Source of the DNA: Eledone cirrhosa
Taxonomy: Eukaryota
Direction: 5' to 3'
Assembly: GCA_964016885.1 (NCBI GenBank)
Contig: OZ024742.1
Coordinates: forward strand, 108,314,001 to 108,378,000
DNA length: 64,000 nt
Positions 1 through 11,781 of this stretch are shown here, piece by piece (the stretch's first letter is position 1; each line of letters starts with the position of its first letter). Under the pieces are notes generated by a model. The model saw only the letters and a program-made list of their open reading frames with translations. It searched no databases and was not told the origin of the DNA. A program made the position numbers and the translations under genes.

Positions 1-2345
1 CGAGAGAGAACCCCATCGCTCGAAAAGAAAGAAAAGACATCACAAAAGCAAAAAACCAGCAAACACTACCACAAACATACAACCACCAACACAAACAACA
101 AAAATATCACAAACAAAACCCCCACCTCCTGAAAACAAAATACCTACAACAAAACGAAAGCACACACAAGAACTACAGATAAAAACAAACACAACACAAG
201 AAAATTACACTTACACTTACATAAACACTGAAAACAAAACACTAATGGAGACCATCACGAACGACCCTTCGGTTTTCACCGAAGGGAAAACTTTCGCCCA
301 CTCTATTAAAAATAGCAAAAAACTGAACCTAAAACTGATTAGGGTCCCTATACAAACTTATAGGTCCCTAAAAGAAACATTTGAGAAGGATGTGGGTAAT
401 TCCTGCGTGAAACCACTCAACCGCGTCCTTCTCAAATGCCTCCCCCACCCCAGACACCCCCATCCCACCAGACCCCACCCCACCAAACATCTGCATCCCC
501 ACCCCGCCGGAAACCACCACCCATCCAGACAACCCCTCCAACACCCCCATGGAAATCGTGCGGCCTGGTCCCCAGGAGGCGAAGGGTGAGTGATCTCTTT
601 TCCTCTTTTAACTTTTCAGCACCAACATGGCCTATATAAGAGTTGGATGTGTGAACGTACGCGGCCTGGGGATGCCCTGGAAACAGGGCAAACTCTTAAA
701 CGACCTCAGGTCGCACAGTATGGATGTGGTAGCCATTTGCGAGTCCAGGATCCACGGCGAGCGACAGCTGGCCCCCATCTTCGATGACTTTGAGATCTAC
801 GCATCTCTCTGTCAACCGGGGGGTGGGGGTGGAGTTGCCGTTTTGCTGCGGAAACACCTGGGCCTCGTAACACAGATGGTACATCTGGACCCGGAGGGTC
901 AACTGGTGGTCCTAGACGTTGACGGTAGTGAAGGTGGAGCCTTCAGGCTGGTGGCCGCATATGCCCCATCCGGGACACCGCGGCCAGACTTCTTCAAACG
1001 TCTAGAGATTTTTCTGGGAACGTCCCGCTCCTTGCTTTTAGTGGGGGACTGGAATGGAATCCTAGATGCACGTTGGGACTATGTGGGAGCATGTCCCGAT
1101 AAAGGGAGGTGCAACAGCCTCAAACAGTTAATCGACCGATTTGACCTGGCCGATAGATATCGACTAGATTTTTCGACTGCGCCACTGTGGACGTGGAGTA
1201 ATCGTAGCGGAACATCTAGATCGTACCTAGATAGGGTTCTAGTTAGAAATAAGGATAGGGACATGTTAAGCTGTCCACAAATGTTCATGGTTGCCTATTT
1301 AGATCACAAAGTAGTGACCTGCATGGCCAACCTTGATAGAACCCATAGACAAGGACCCAGCTACTGGAAGCTGAACTTGTCGTTACCGACAAGCAAAGCC
1401 TACAGTAGACGGATTAGCACTTTAGTTAAACAGCACTTGACAGGGGCCATTGTCAACAACAGATGGTGGTACTCTCTCAAGAGGGCAGTTAGATTAGACT
1501 CGATAGTTTTTAGTAAAGAATTAGCGTTAGATAGAAATAGAACCGAGAAGGAACTGGTAGATAAAGTAGAAGAGGCAATTAGAAGTGGCAACGTAGCCAG
1601 CGTGCTAGCAACGAGAACGGCCTTGGACCAGTTCTTCGACGCAAAGCACGAGGGCTGCGTTGTCAGAAGCAAAATACGTGCTCTGGGAAACGAGGGAGCC
1701 AAAGCTGTTAGCTGGGCCCGAGTGACGGAGGCAAAAAGTGGCAACAAGTCCACGATTCGGTCTTTGAAGGACCAAAATGGACGCGTGATACGTGAGCCGA
1801 AGCAGATGTGTGCGGCTTTTCAGCGGCACTTTGCTCGGCTGTTCGGGGGGAACGGCGCGCCGGGAGAGGCTATAGATTTCGGTCCATACCTCGACGGCCC
1901 ACCGCGACTCTCGGACAGCGAGGCAAAGTTCTGCGAAAAGCCGATTTCAGCCACTGAGATAGGGGACGCGCTGAGCCAATACCACTTTGGAAGAAGAATC
2001 AGGATGGAGAGAGAGGTGCTGTACCCCAGCAAGTTTTATGAAAGGTGTGTGAAAGTGGCGAGAATGGCCCGAGTGAATGGGCCTTCTCTCTATATCAGCC
2101 TGTAGGTTGAGGAAAAGGAGGAGGAGAGGAAAGGAGTACAAACTCTTCGTACTCCTGGAGATGAGGGTTGCACATTTTTTTTCGGGGGTATGTTTTACCC
2201 ATATAAACTGTCTCTCTCTATTGGGGAAAATCGACTAACTTTTTAAATTCCATTTGTGATAACATTTTACACGTTTTTATTGTATGTAAACTTCTCCCTT
2301 TGTATTTGTCCCCTTCTTTTGTGCCCCTGTGGCTAATAAAGAAAT
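1..2345 (+). mobile_element. Tx1/L1-clade LINE, family A; runs off the window start; RT domain internally deleted
   Basis: Near-identical to 29025-33324 except for a 1959-bp deletion at 1980/1981. Ends in AATAAAGAAAT followed by (CTAT)n. Confidence 0.93.
627..2105 (+). CDS. Tx1 ORF2 derivative: APE endonuclease fused in frame to the ORF2 C-terminal tail, no RT
   Basis: APE motifs NVRGL, AICES, GDWN, SYLDR and YLDH (SDH in the other copies). Junction reads DALSQ|YHFGRR. Confidence 0.8.
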   Translation: MAYIRVGCVNVRGLGMPWKQGKLLNDLRSHSMDVVAICESRIHGERQLAPIFDDFEIYASLCQPGGGGGVAVLLRKHLGLVTQMVHLDPEGQLVVLDVDGSEGGAFRLVAAYAPSGTPRPDFFKRLEIFLGTSRSLLLVGDWNGILDARWDYVGACPDKGRCNSLKQLIDRFDLADRYRLDFSTAPLWTWSNRSGTSRSYLDRVLVRNKDRDMLSCPQMFMVAYLDHKVVTCMANLDRTHRQGPSYWKLNLSLPTSKAYSRRISTLVKQHLTGAIVNNRWWYSLKRAVRLDSIVFSKELALDRNRTEKELVDKVEEAIRSGNVASVLATRTALDQFFDAKHEGCVVRSKIRALGNEGAKAVSWARVTEAKSGNKSTIRSLKDQNGRVIREPKQMCAAFQRHFARLFGGNGAPGEAIDFGPYLDGPPRLSDSEAKFCEKPISATEIGDALSQYHFGRRIRMEREVLYPSKFYERCVKVARMARVNGPSLYISL

Positions 2346-2361
2346 ATATCTATCTATCTAT

Positions 2362-4918
2362 GGGATGGACACATGTGTTAAACTTGCTCGGCAAATTTTG
2401 TTTAAATTTCTTTAGAAATTCCTCATTGTGAACTTTTATTTTTATACCAATTTGTAGAGGGACTGACAGGTCAAATTTTGAACTGGTCAGTCTCCCAAAA
2501 TATCGTGCCCCTCAGGGCAAAAACATCCAAAATATTTTCGAAAACATTTTTGCAAAACACTTTAATTTTTTTTAAATGGCTGAAGTAAAGGTACCTACTT
2601 CTTTGTCAATACAAGAAGATGGGAAGGGAAAGCCATGCCTACTTGACCAGCAGGTAGTATCAGACATGGACAAAGGAATGCAAACATTATCGCCTCAACA
2701 TTTAGAAGAGGAACAAGCTTCAGCTGCTTGTAAGCAACTGAACACGCCTGACGTCACAAACGTCACATGTATCCACACACAGAAGGATGTGTAGCAAACA
2801 CTAATACCACCACAACCAACAACAACAACACAATAAATGAGAACAACAACAAGACAACAAAAGGAATCAGTGGGAACACAACGAATGAGACGATCATCAC
2901 CACCAACAACAATAGCAAAATTTCAATTGCAGCAACAGTTGCTAAGCAACAGGATTTTAAATACTACTCCATGGACATTTCCCAAAAGTCCCAATATTTG
3001 GAAGAAGCTTCCAACTATGTGACGTTTGAGGGAGACACCCCACACATACACACACACCCACAAGTAAGAGAAATGACACAGGAAAAGAAGCTAATTTATA
3101 GAACAGTTGACATCACTACCAAAAAACTCATAACGCTTCCAACAAGCACTATCGAAGCTGCACTAAAAGACATCAAGCCAGACGTGGCATACCTCCAAAG
3201 AGGTAAACAGTATGGAAGTGTGTCAGTGCTCTTTAAGAGCGAAACTCTGGCACAAAAACACTCGGTTCACCCAATAAAAAACGATCAACACATCTTCCCC
3301 ACATACATGGGAAGAAGATCCTACAAAATAAAAATAACCAGGATCCCAGCAGAGGTGAACATATGGTGGATCCTACGCTGCATCCTGAAGAAGGATGAGG
3401 ACACATGGAGAGGCAAACCCATGCCTTCTGACAGTATCGTAGGACGCTGGACGGAAGGACCGGTGAAATTGATCGGGGTCTGGTTCGGTCCAGACCTCCA
3501 GGTGGACAAACACTGGAACGAGGTCACGGCGAAGGTGTTTGCACTCACCCAGAAGTGGGCTGAGTGCAAACTCTCCTTGAAAGGTCGAGCGGAGGTGGCG
3601 AACACTTACATAGCGTCCGTCATCTACTACCGCTTGACAGTCGTGCCTTGCCCCCGTGAATACCTTACCAAAATGGAACGCCTACTCTTTAAGTTCCTCT
3701 GGAAGAAACAGGTTCCATTGGTGAGGATATCCATCTGCTGACAACACCCGTCTAACGGAGGACTGGGCATGCCGTGGCTGATGATGCGCAAACATGCGCT
3801 GAGGCTACGCCATCTCCAGGTATTCCTGACCGGTGAACCGGTGTGGCTGTCGTTTGTGAGACAAGCTCTTCCACAACTCGTCTCAATAACAGAGCTGCAG
3901 TCCTGGGTCAAGTGAAGACCGAAAATGGGTGCCGGGCACCTCGAGTGCCTACATGCGTTCACCGCCCTCTACCAAGCGGAAACGGCAATCAGCGGAGACT
4001 CCACTTCGACATTCTATAGGGGATTGGTGGGGGATAAGTGCGACGACGTTCTCGGAGAAACTCTAGGCATCGAGGAGAACGAACTGACCAGTCTGTTCGG
4101 GAGGACTTTCCGTCCAGGGCCTATGGATAACTTCCAGAGGTCTCTGGCCTGGCAGTGCTACCGAGGAGCTCTAACAGTTCGAGATAAAATCTACAGGCAC
4201 GGACGCCCTGGCAGAGATCCTGCCAAAAGGACCTGTCCAAGATGGGAGCAGGACATCGAAACCGTTCTGCACGCAATTGTTCAGTGCCCAGGGGTGACCG
4301 ACCTGTGGTATTATGTCGAACAGCTGTTGTCACGTGTGGGACGCATCCAGTTGTCAGCCGAGTCCATCGTGAGGATCACCCCGCCGCTTTCATTTAAGAA
4401 CGAAGGAGAGGCGGTTTTCCTCTGTCTGGTCGCTATGGCGAAAGAGTAATATGGTGGACGAGGTTAAAAGGACTGAGGGCAAACACCTTTCTCTGCGGAC
4501 AACAACTTATCCCCTTCTTTAAGTATCAATTCAGAAGGAAGGTGAAAGTGGAGAGAGAGGTGCTACACCCCAGTAAATTCGCTGAAAGGTGGGTGAATGT
4601 GGCAAAAATGGCCCGAGTCAATGAGCCTTCTCTGTATATAAACCTGTAGGTTGAGGAAGATAAACAGAGGGAAGACAGGAACACCTACAAAACGTGTTCC
4701 TGGTGTTGAGGGTTGTTCTATCCACGGGATGTAAAACAACCCTGCAGTAACGATCCCCCCTACTGGGGATTTCAATTGTTATTTTATTATATATAGTTTA
4801 TTGTTATTTATTAATGTTAAAGTTATTTTTATGTAAAACCCCCGCCGTCACGTCTTGTAATGTCCCATTTTTGTACGCCCCTGTGGCAAATAAAGAAAGA
4901 CATCTATCTATCTATCTA
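2362..4918 (+). mobile_element. Tx1-clade LINE, family B, internally deleted (5'UTR plus partial ORF1 joined to the ORF2 C-terminal part)
   Basis: ORF1 homology (FPTYMG, VNIWWIL) switches at about 3400 to TWRGKPMPSD...WFGPDL. C-terminal zinc-knuckle-like region, stops at 3739 and 3913, polyA signal and (CTAT)n tail. Confidence 0.88.
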
Positions 4919-5389
4919 CTCCTTCCCCGTCCTTAGCCTTGAGTCCTTATCCTCACTCCCTGTCTCCTGTCCCTTATCTCTTCCCCTCTCACTTATTTTT
5001 TATCTTTTATGTGGTATTTGTTATTATTTTTTATTTTTAAATTTGTTTATTCTCACCCTCTTGCATTTATACTACATATGTATTTAATTTATACTACATC
5101 TTGCATTTATACTACATATGTATTTAATTTTCTTTTTCATGTTATTGTTATTTCTACTGTCATCACTACTTTACACATCCAGTTACTCACCACTGTGACT
5201 TCAACTACCACCACAACCACTACTATTATCAGCAATCGTATTCTGTACTTATTTTTTACATAGTTTTTACATCTTTATCATTTTCATTCTAACTTCTTTA
5301 GTTTTATTTTTTATTATCTTTTATTATTGTTGTTATTGTTTTGATTCTCCGATGTATCTATAAATACCAATGCCATGTGTTAAACCCTC

Positions 5390-5504
5390 CAGTATTGTGA
5401 TGATTTGATCAGAGACACACACTGTATTTAAGGCCGAGTGACGCAACTTCGAGTGATTAGCGGCCTTTAGACTCACCTGATCAATGAAACAATTGTTAAT
5501 ACTG
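5390..5504 (+). ncRNA. Type-I hammerhead ribozyme relic with long branched stem II
   Basis: Stem I CAGTATT/AATACTG; core GTGATGA (C>G); stem II base TTGATCAG/CTGATCAA; GAAA-CAATTG-TT; AATAAA at 5507. Confidence 0.65.
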
Positions 5505-5558
5505 TAAATAAAACCCTTTGTGTACAGCCGACCATGTTATTCTTCACTCTTTCACTAC

Positions 5559-5598
<40 letters not shown>

Positions 5599-5872
5599 CC
5601 CCCCCCCCCCACACATATATATATATATATATATATAAAAACGTATATCGTTTGATTTGTCCAGGTGTATCTTTTTAACCTGTTAGTTCTTTCGTTACTT
5701 TGGTATTGTGTGGTTGCGTTTTGCCTACCGCAATGTTCAATTTGTCAAGCTATTTAAACGTATGTTATTACTCTAAGGACCTACCCTTATTGAGTGCTTT
5801 GCTAACTCATTCTTATTGTAGGTCGACTTTGCTTGCCCACAGCCAAAGTTTCGATTTTACTAACCTTCCACT

Positions 5873-5925
<53 letters not shown>

Positions 5926-6126
5926 TAAAATAACAGATTAAAGTTTAAGCAAAGAATCGCTGCTTTCACCCTTAACGGGATCTTCTGAAACTCAGAAGAT
6001 TAGTTATTTTAATAAATATTTGCTCTACGGTTCTTATATATTTGATATATATTTATCCTTATCGAGCCCTCTTTGGATTTTAGTCTTCTAATTTATTATT
6101 ATTACTATATATACACACACACACAT

Positions 6127-6163
<37 letters not shown>

Positions 6164-7024
6164 AATATATACATACGTATATATATATATATATACTGTA
6201 TATATATATATACACACACAAACCAAAATTAAAATACAAATATTAATACATAGTCAGTGTAATGATACATAGGATAACAGCTGCTTCTCGAATAAGAAGC
6301 ATGTCACTAATCTTTTTTTTTTTATTATAAAATCTCAGAATCCAACACCTTAACTCTTAAGCCCCTTCGTATAGATAAAGGGTCACGCATTTTGGGAGAA
6401 TATGTACTCGATTATGTTTGCTCTGTAATTAATCAATACGTAATTTATCAGACCCGAAAGAAAGGAAAGCAAATATGACATCGGTGACATTTGAACATAA
6501 AAGTTTGTAACCAAATACTAAAACACGTTATTATAAGCCATAACACTACTCTTTCAGCTAATCAGTAATAAATATAACTTTATTTTCTGTCTACTAATAA
6601 CATTTTAGAACTAAATTTAAGAAGAAAAGAATAATCTACATCTCTGAAAATAAGTAGTTTCAGCCAAAACCGAAATATGAGGAAATCAGCTGAATTCTTC
6701 TTTACTTATTTCAGAGATAACATTAAACGATTAGCAATATCCTTAGGCAAAGACTTTTATATCTTTTCTATAAACACCGTCAAATTATTTTAAGCAAATA
6801 TCTGTTTATAAAGACGAAGAAGCCAAAATTCATTACCACCACTCCCAACCTCCTTCTCCAAGCACCACCTTCGACAAACTTTCGTTGCTACTATCAACAC
6901 CACCACCAACCCTTTCTCCAAACACCTTTTTAAATAATCATTGCCACCACCTACCTTTTCTCCAAACATTTTACGAATAAACATGATGATCATCATCAAC
7001 GTTAGTATAAAAATTATAATAATA

Positions 7025-7430
7025 GTAATGTTTTATTTTTATTTAGGCAAAAGACCAGCAATTTGAAGGGAAAGGAAAAATTGATTAAATCGACCCCAGA
7101 ACGTTACTGGTACTCCATTTTAACGACTCCATAAGGATGAAAGGCAAAATTAACCTCAGCGGGCTTTGATCTCAAAACATAAAGGGATGTAACTCTCTGT
7201 TACCACAAAGCAATTTGTCCAACTCTCTATTAACTCTGCCAAACCCTTAATGATAATAAAAATGTTTTTTTTTAATTTAAGCACAGGCTAGCAATTTAGA
7301 GAGCAAGGGTAAATAAATTAGATATCGACTCAAGCTGGTTCTTTGTTTCATTAACTTCGAAAGGATGAAATGCAAAGTTGACCTTCACAGGATTCTATAA
7401 CGAATGCTGTAAAGCGTCTTTATCCGACGT
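7025..7430 (-). mobile_element. Two diverged tRNA-derived SINE copies
   Basis: Both contain the AAGGATGAAA(G/T)GCAAA central motif shared with the intact SINEs. Confidence 0.7.
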
Positions 7431-7647
7431 TCTCATGAGAATGCTAAGAAACATGAACTCACCTCTGTCACTCTCTATTGCATGAGAAATTCCGATAGTA
7501 CCTAACTCTTGCGAGAATACAGAATAAATTCTGGATTAGCTATTTAGCATACAAACTATAATCAAATGTTCAAGAATGTGAAGAACAATCGAATGAAATG
7601 TTTCTCTTGTCAGATATCGGAAGAATATAAAACAGCTTATGTATGTA

Positions 7648-7706
<59 letters not shown>

Positions 7707-7719
7707 GTATATATATATG

Positions 7720-7754
<35 letters not shown>

Positions 7755-8279
7755 GTACATATATAGATGTTTGTACATATGTATATGGCGGGAGCGGACT
7801 CAAATTACATATGTAAAATATTCGTTTACATGTGGTTGTATTACTGAATTCATGTTATACCTTTCATAATATATCTCCAATTATCGTCTGTGATACTAGT
7901 CTGGCAAACGCATTATCAGGATGAGAGGAGTTTCAATAAACGAATTACATTGTTCAAAACAACCCTGAAATATTTTTCTGGCTAAATCTATTTAAAAGCG
8001 AGTTTTCCCAGATGTCGTAGCACGTATATTCATATAGAACCAAATTCCGAAATGGGAAACAGAGAGAATGGTTAGAGAGAATCAGAGTTCATCCGAACTA
8101 TTACACTTCCTAAATGTACTTTTACACTGTACATTGTATACGAATATTATATCATTTTAAACCGAATACCACTCATTATGGTGTCTATATAATATTAATA
8201 AATCTTGTGAAAACATCCAATAGATTATCGATTAAAATGTAATAAATCAAGAGTGTTTACGTAGAAAAGTGAACTCAGC

Positions 8280-8590
8280 ATCGCTGAATGGTTAAGAAGT
8301 TCGATTTGCAAATCATTAGGGTTCAGATTTGATGGCCTTGTCTAAGAACTTGGGCAGTTGACGTTTACCATTGTTTCAGGTAGACCTTTTAAGTGAAATT
8401 TGGTTGACGGAAATGTTTGAAATCACGTAGGATGAACAGGAATTGTAATTCAAACGTCTGGCCTTGTCACACGCTGAATCTCCCCGAGAACTAAGTTAGG
8501 TATGCATGTTTCTGTGGATTTCATGAGCAGGCTGTTCCAGTAATCGAAGAACTGGAACACTCATTGGCGAAACCGGCGGAGGTCCATTCC
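8280..8590 (+). mobile_element. Second SINE-like family, diverged; further pieces near 9660-9930, 10330-10500(-), 46290-46620(-), 59980-60230 and 60750-61020
   Basis: Recurrent GCCTTGTCACAC..GCTGAATCTCCCCGAGAACT..GCAGGCTGTTCC block with a tRNA-like head. Confidence 0.6.
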
Positions 8591-9949
8591 TTATATTCCT
8601 ATTCGATGCAAATATATATTTCTAATTTAGTCGTAAAGATAGGCTGAAGTTGAATGGCATTCAAGCATTTCGTGTTGGTATTTCTGTTGTAGAAGTTAAC
8701 TTCATTATAAATTTATACTTGTATTTTCACATTTTTAAACAGAATCTTGCTCTTTCTGCAATAGATTTGATGGAGTTGAACCAGCTTCCAGAAATCCTGA
8801 TTTATGAATTCGGATAAAGCACTGAAGTTTAATAAACCTCTTATAAATTATGGCAACCCTCCTCTACTTAGTAGAGAGTGATATATTTCTTGTTATGTTG
8901 ACAGAACTATGTAGTATGTATATGAGGTTATGCAGTTTGAACAGCACAACTGATTGCTACACTAGTTCTGGAATAGCTCTCTTTGAAACATTGACGCCTC
9001 TATCGACTGAATATCATCTCAGACTCTTTTACATCAATATAAGATACTAACACTTTGATGTTCCTGCCTAAACTCACACAACTATAATTTCAATAAAAGA
9101 GTCTACACTTGCAATTCTTTGATTACCTCGCTTCAATGCTAAATATTGATTTAAAGATTTTAAACTGTACACAAGCTGCCTTGTAATCAATCCGAGAAAA
9201 TTGCTGCTTCTGCCTGAGATCAATTTAAGAGTAGAGTTGTTTCCATACGATATATCCTCTAAAACAGAACATAGATACAACTAGGGGAAAAATCTATCAA
9301 ACACGAAGGAATATTGAATCAACATGGCTATAATGATACAGATTAAATTATAAATATATCAGAAATATTTTTTGTCTATATATACCTGATCACAAGAGCA
9401 AATTGTATAAATATGATTTGATCTGATTAAAGTTGTATTTAAGAGATTCTTTTTAATGCTAGATAAATTATTAAGGAAAGGTACATAGTTTATAATTATT
9501 GCTTACATGTACAAACGATTTTATTTATATATAAAAAAAAAACAGAACTAAAGTAACTGAGAGATTTTTGGTAGATTTGAAATAGCAGATATTGCGACAC
9601 AACTGGCAAAAATGAGTTATGTGCTGTTTCAAGGACCAGACTTGTTACACGTTGTGGAACGAGGAACCTCCCTGAGAACTAAGTTAAGTGTACACGCGTT
9701 TGGGCAGAATGCTCAGTCACTTGCACGTTTATTCCACGAGCAGCCTATTCCGTTGTTCGAGAAACTAAAACACTCATCATTGGAACCAACGGAAGACCAA
9801 CAATAACAATATATATCTGTGAAATATTCAACCGCTTATGTTATAAGACTAAACGGACTGTGTTTGTAATTCAAATGGTCAAATTTGTCACAGTGTCACG
9901 CTGAATCTCCTTAAAGACTAAGTTATGTGTAATATTACAAGTAAGTTGC

Positions 9950-10024
<75 letters not shown>
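9950..10024. repeat. (CA)n microsatellite
   Basis: Direct observation. Confidence 0.95.
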
Positions 10025-10027
<3 letters not shown>

Positions 10028-11261
10028 TGTTACGTGGGTTTTAGTATCATATAATTTATAATAAAAAAAATCGAATTTTTTGGTTTAATAACCATTAATG
10101 AAATGAATGTCACCATCTTCAATCAGGTAGTGTTTTTTTTAGATACTGGAATGAAAATACAAGGAAGGAAGGAAGGAATCGATCGAACAAACAGTCCATA
10201 AATACTGCAGCATAAAAGATCTCGTTGATTATATATGTTGCTTGATTATATATGTTGCTTCTTGATGGAATACGGCCAGTGGTGCACATAATTATAGGTT
10301 TTTCAACATAGTGGAATGGAATAGAATGTTTCAACATTGACTGTTCCAATTGTTCGACCAACGCAACAGCCTGCTCATGCTCATAAAATTAACGCGTAAA
10401 TGGCTGAGCATTCTACAGACATGTGTACCCTTAACATAATTATCAGGCAGATTCAGTGTGTCACTGTGTAACAAAGCTGTTCTTTTGAATCACGGGTAAA
10501 ATCAAATTAAATATTTCATTAAAAAAAAATGAAATAAAGCGTTTTACTAAAGTATATAACGCGCCGCTGTGAATCGACTTGATCGTGAGCCAAACATCTT
10601 AACATGTCACGCTCACTGAGATTTTCAGGAGCTGTTTGCATTTAAACAATACTTACACTCTTCATGAAAACACCAGCCGCAAAGAGCTATAGTAAGCACA
10701 GCTAAATGTACAAACCCACTTTAGAAATAGCCTTCAAACTCACAGTTATTCACAAACCATTATAATATTTTCACTCATTCTTCTCTCAACGCTTCATTCT
10801 TCCTTTATAAGTACCCCTCTATACTCAAGACAGGTTTGACAAACTTTCTTTTAACAACGAGCATATCACCCGAAACCTTCTTCATCTTATTTTAATTTCT
10901 CCTCACAACATTCAATGTAACTCTAGGATTGAAATATTTACATAGTTTCTCAAAAGAAAATTAAATTTAATCCCGAAGTTTTGCCCCCGCATATACTAAA
11001 TATTCCTTTTCTTGTTGCTGTTCGCATTTACTCACTATTTCCTGCGAGACTTTTAACAAATCTCGTTCGGCCATTTGTAAAATATCCATCTAATGATAGA
11101 TATGGCAAACATTGCTTGAACTTATGAAAGATTGTAAAACCATGAAACATTTGTTTGCGCTGGAAGTTTTTGTGTCTACGTATCATTAAATATATGTATG
11201 CGTGTGTGTGTTTTTGTGTGAATAATCTTGTGAATAATATTATCCTCAAGTATGTATAATA

Positions 11262-11451
11262 TAATAATTGTTTCTACTTTTGGCACAAGGCCAACAATTA
11301 ACCAGTGCATTACTGGTACTTTATTTTATCGACCCCGTAAGGATGAAAGGCAAAGTTAACCTCAGCGGGATTTGAACTCAGAGCGTAAAGGGACGTAACT
11401 ACGCTGGAAAGAGTGCCTGACCCTCTACCAATACTGTCAATTCACCGCCCT
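11262..11451 (-). mobile_element. tRNA-derived SINE, full length
   Basis: A-box TGACAGTATTGG, B-box GAGTTCAAATCC, central GCCTTTCATCCTTACGGGGTCGATAAAAT and ATTAT tail. Confidence 0.88.
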
Positions 11452-11781
11452 TGTATAATATAATGTGTATATATATATATATATGTAAATTTCACAAACA
11501 GGCTGTTCCGTTTATTGATCAACTGGAATAAATGCACTTGAAACCGCTGGAGCTCCAAAACACATGTATGTATTTATATATGTGTGCATGTATGTATATA
11601 CGTCTATATATATGGCTATGCCTACATCAACAAAGACACCGTTAACGTCTTGAGTTTTCGTTTGATGATTTATCGAATATCGATGATCAATTGATTGTGT
11701 TTAAATACATTTTACCAGCTACTGTCTAGAAAAATTCGTGTGATAATAAAAGTAATAATAATAACAATAATAATAATAATA

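Noticed and set aside
1975-1985. RT deletion as a splicing product
   Set aside because: No GT/GC-AG boundaries in any register; the AAT microhomology explains it.
5960-6005. Minus-strand hammerhead-like CAGAAGA-TCCC..GGGT-GAAA
   Set aside because: Core is mutated and there is no stem I partner.
9078-9280. Possible minus-strand host exon bounded by CCCTAG and GTGAGT
   Set aside because: No recognisable protein similarity and no partner exons; it needs RNA-seq support.
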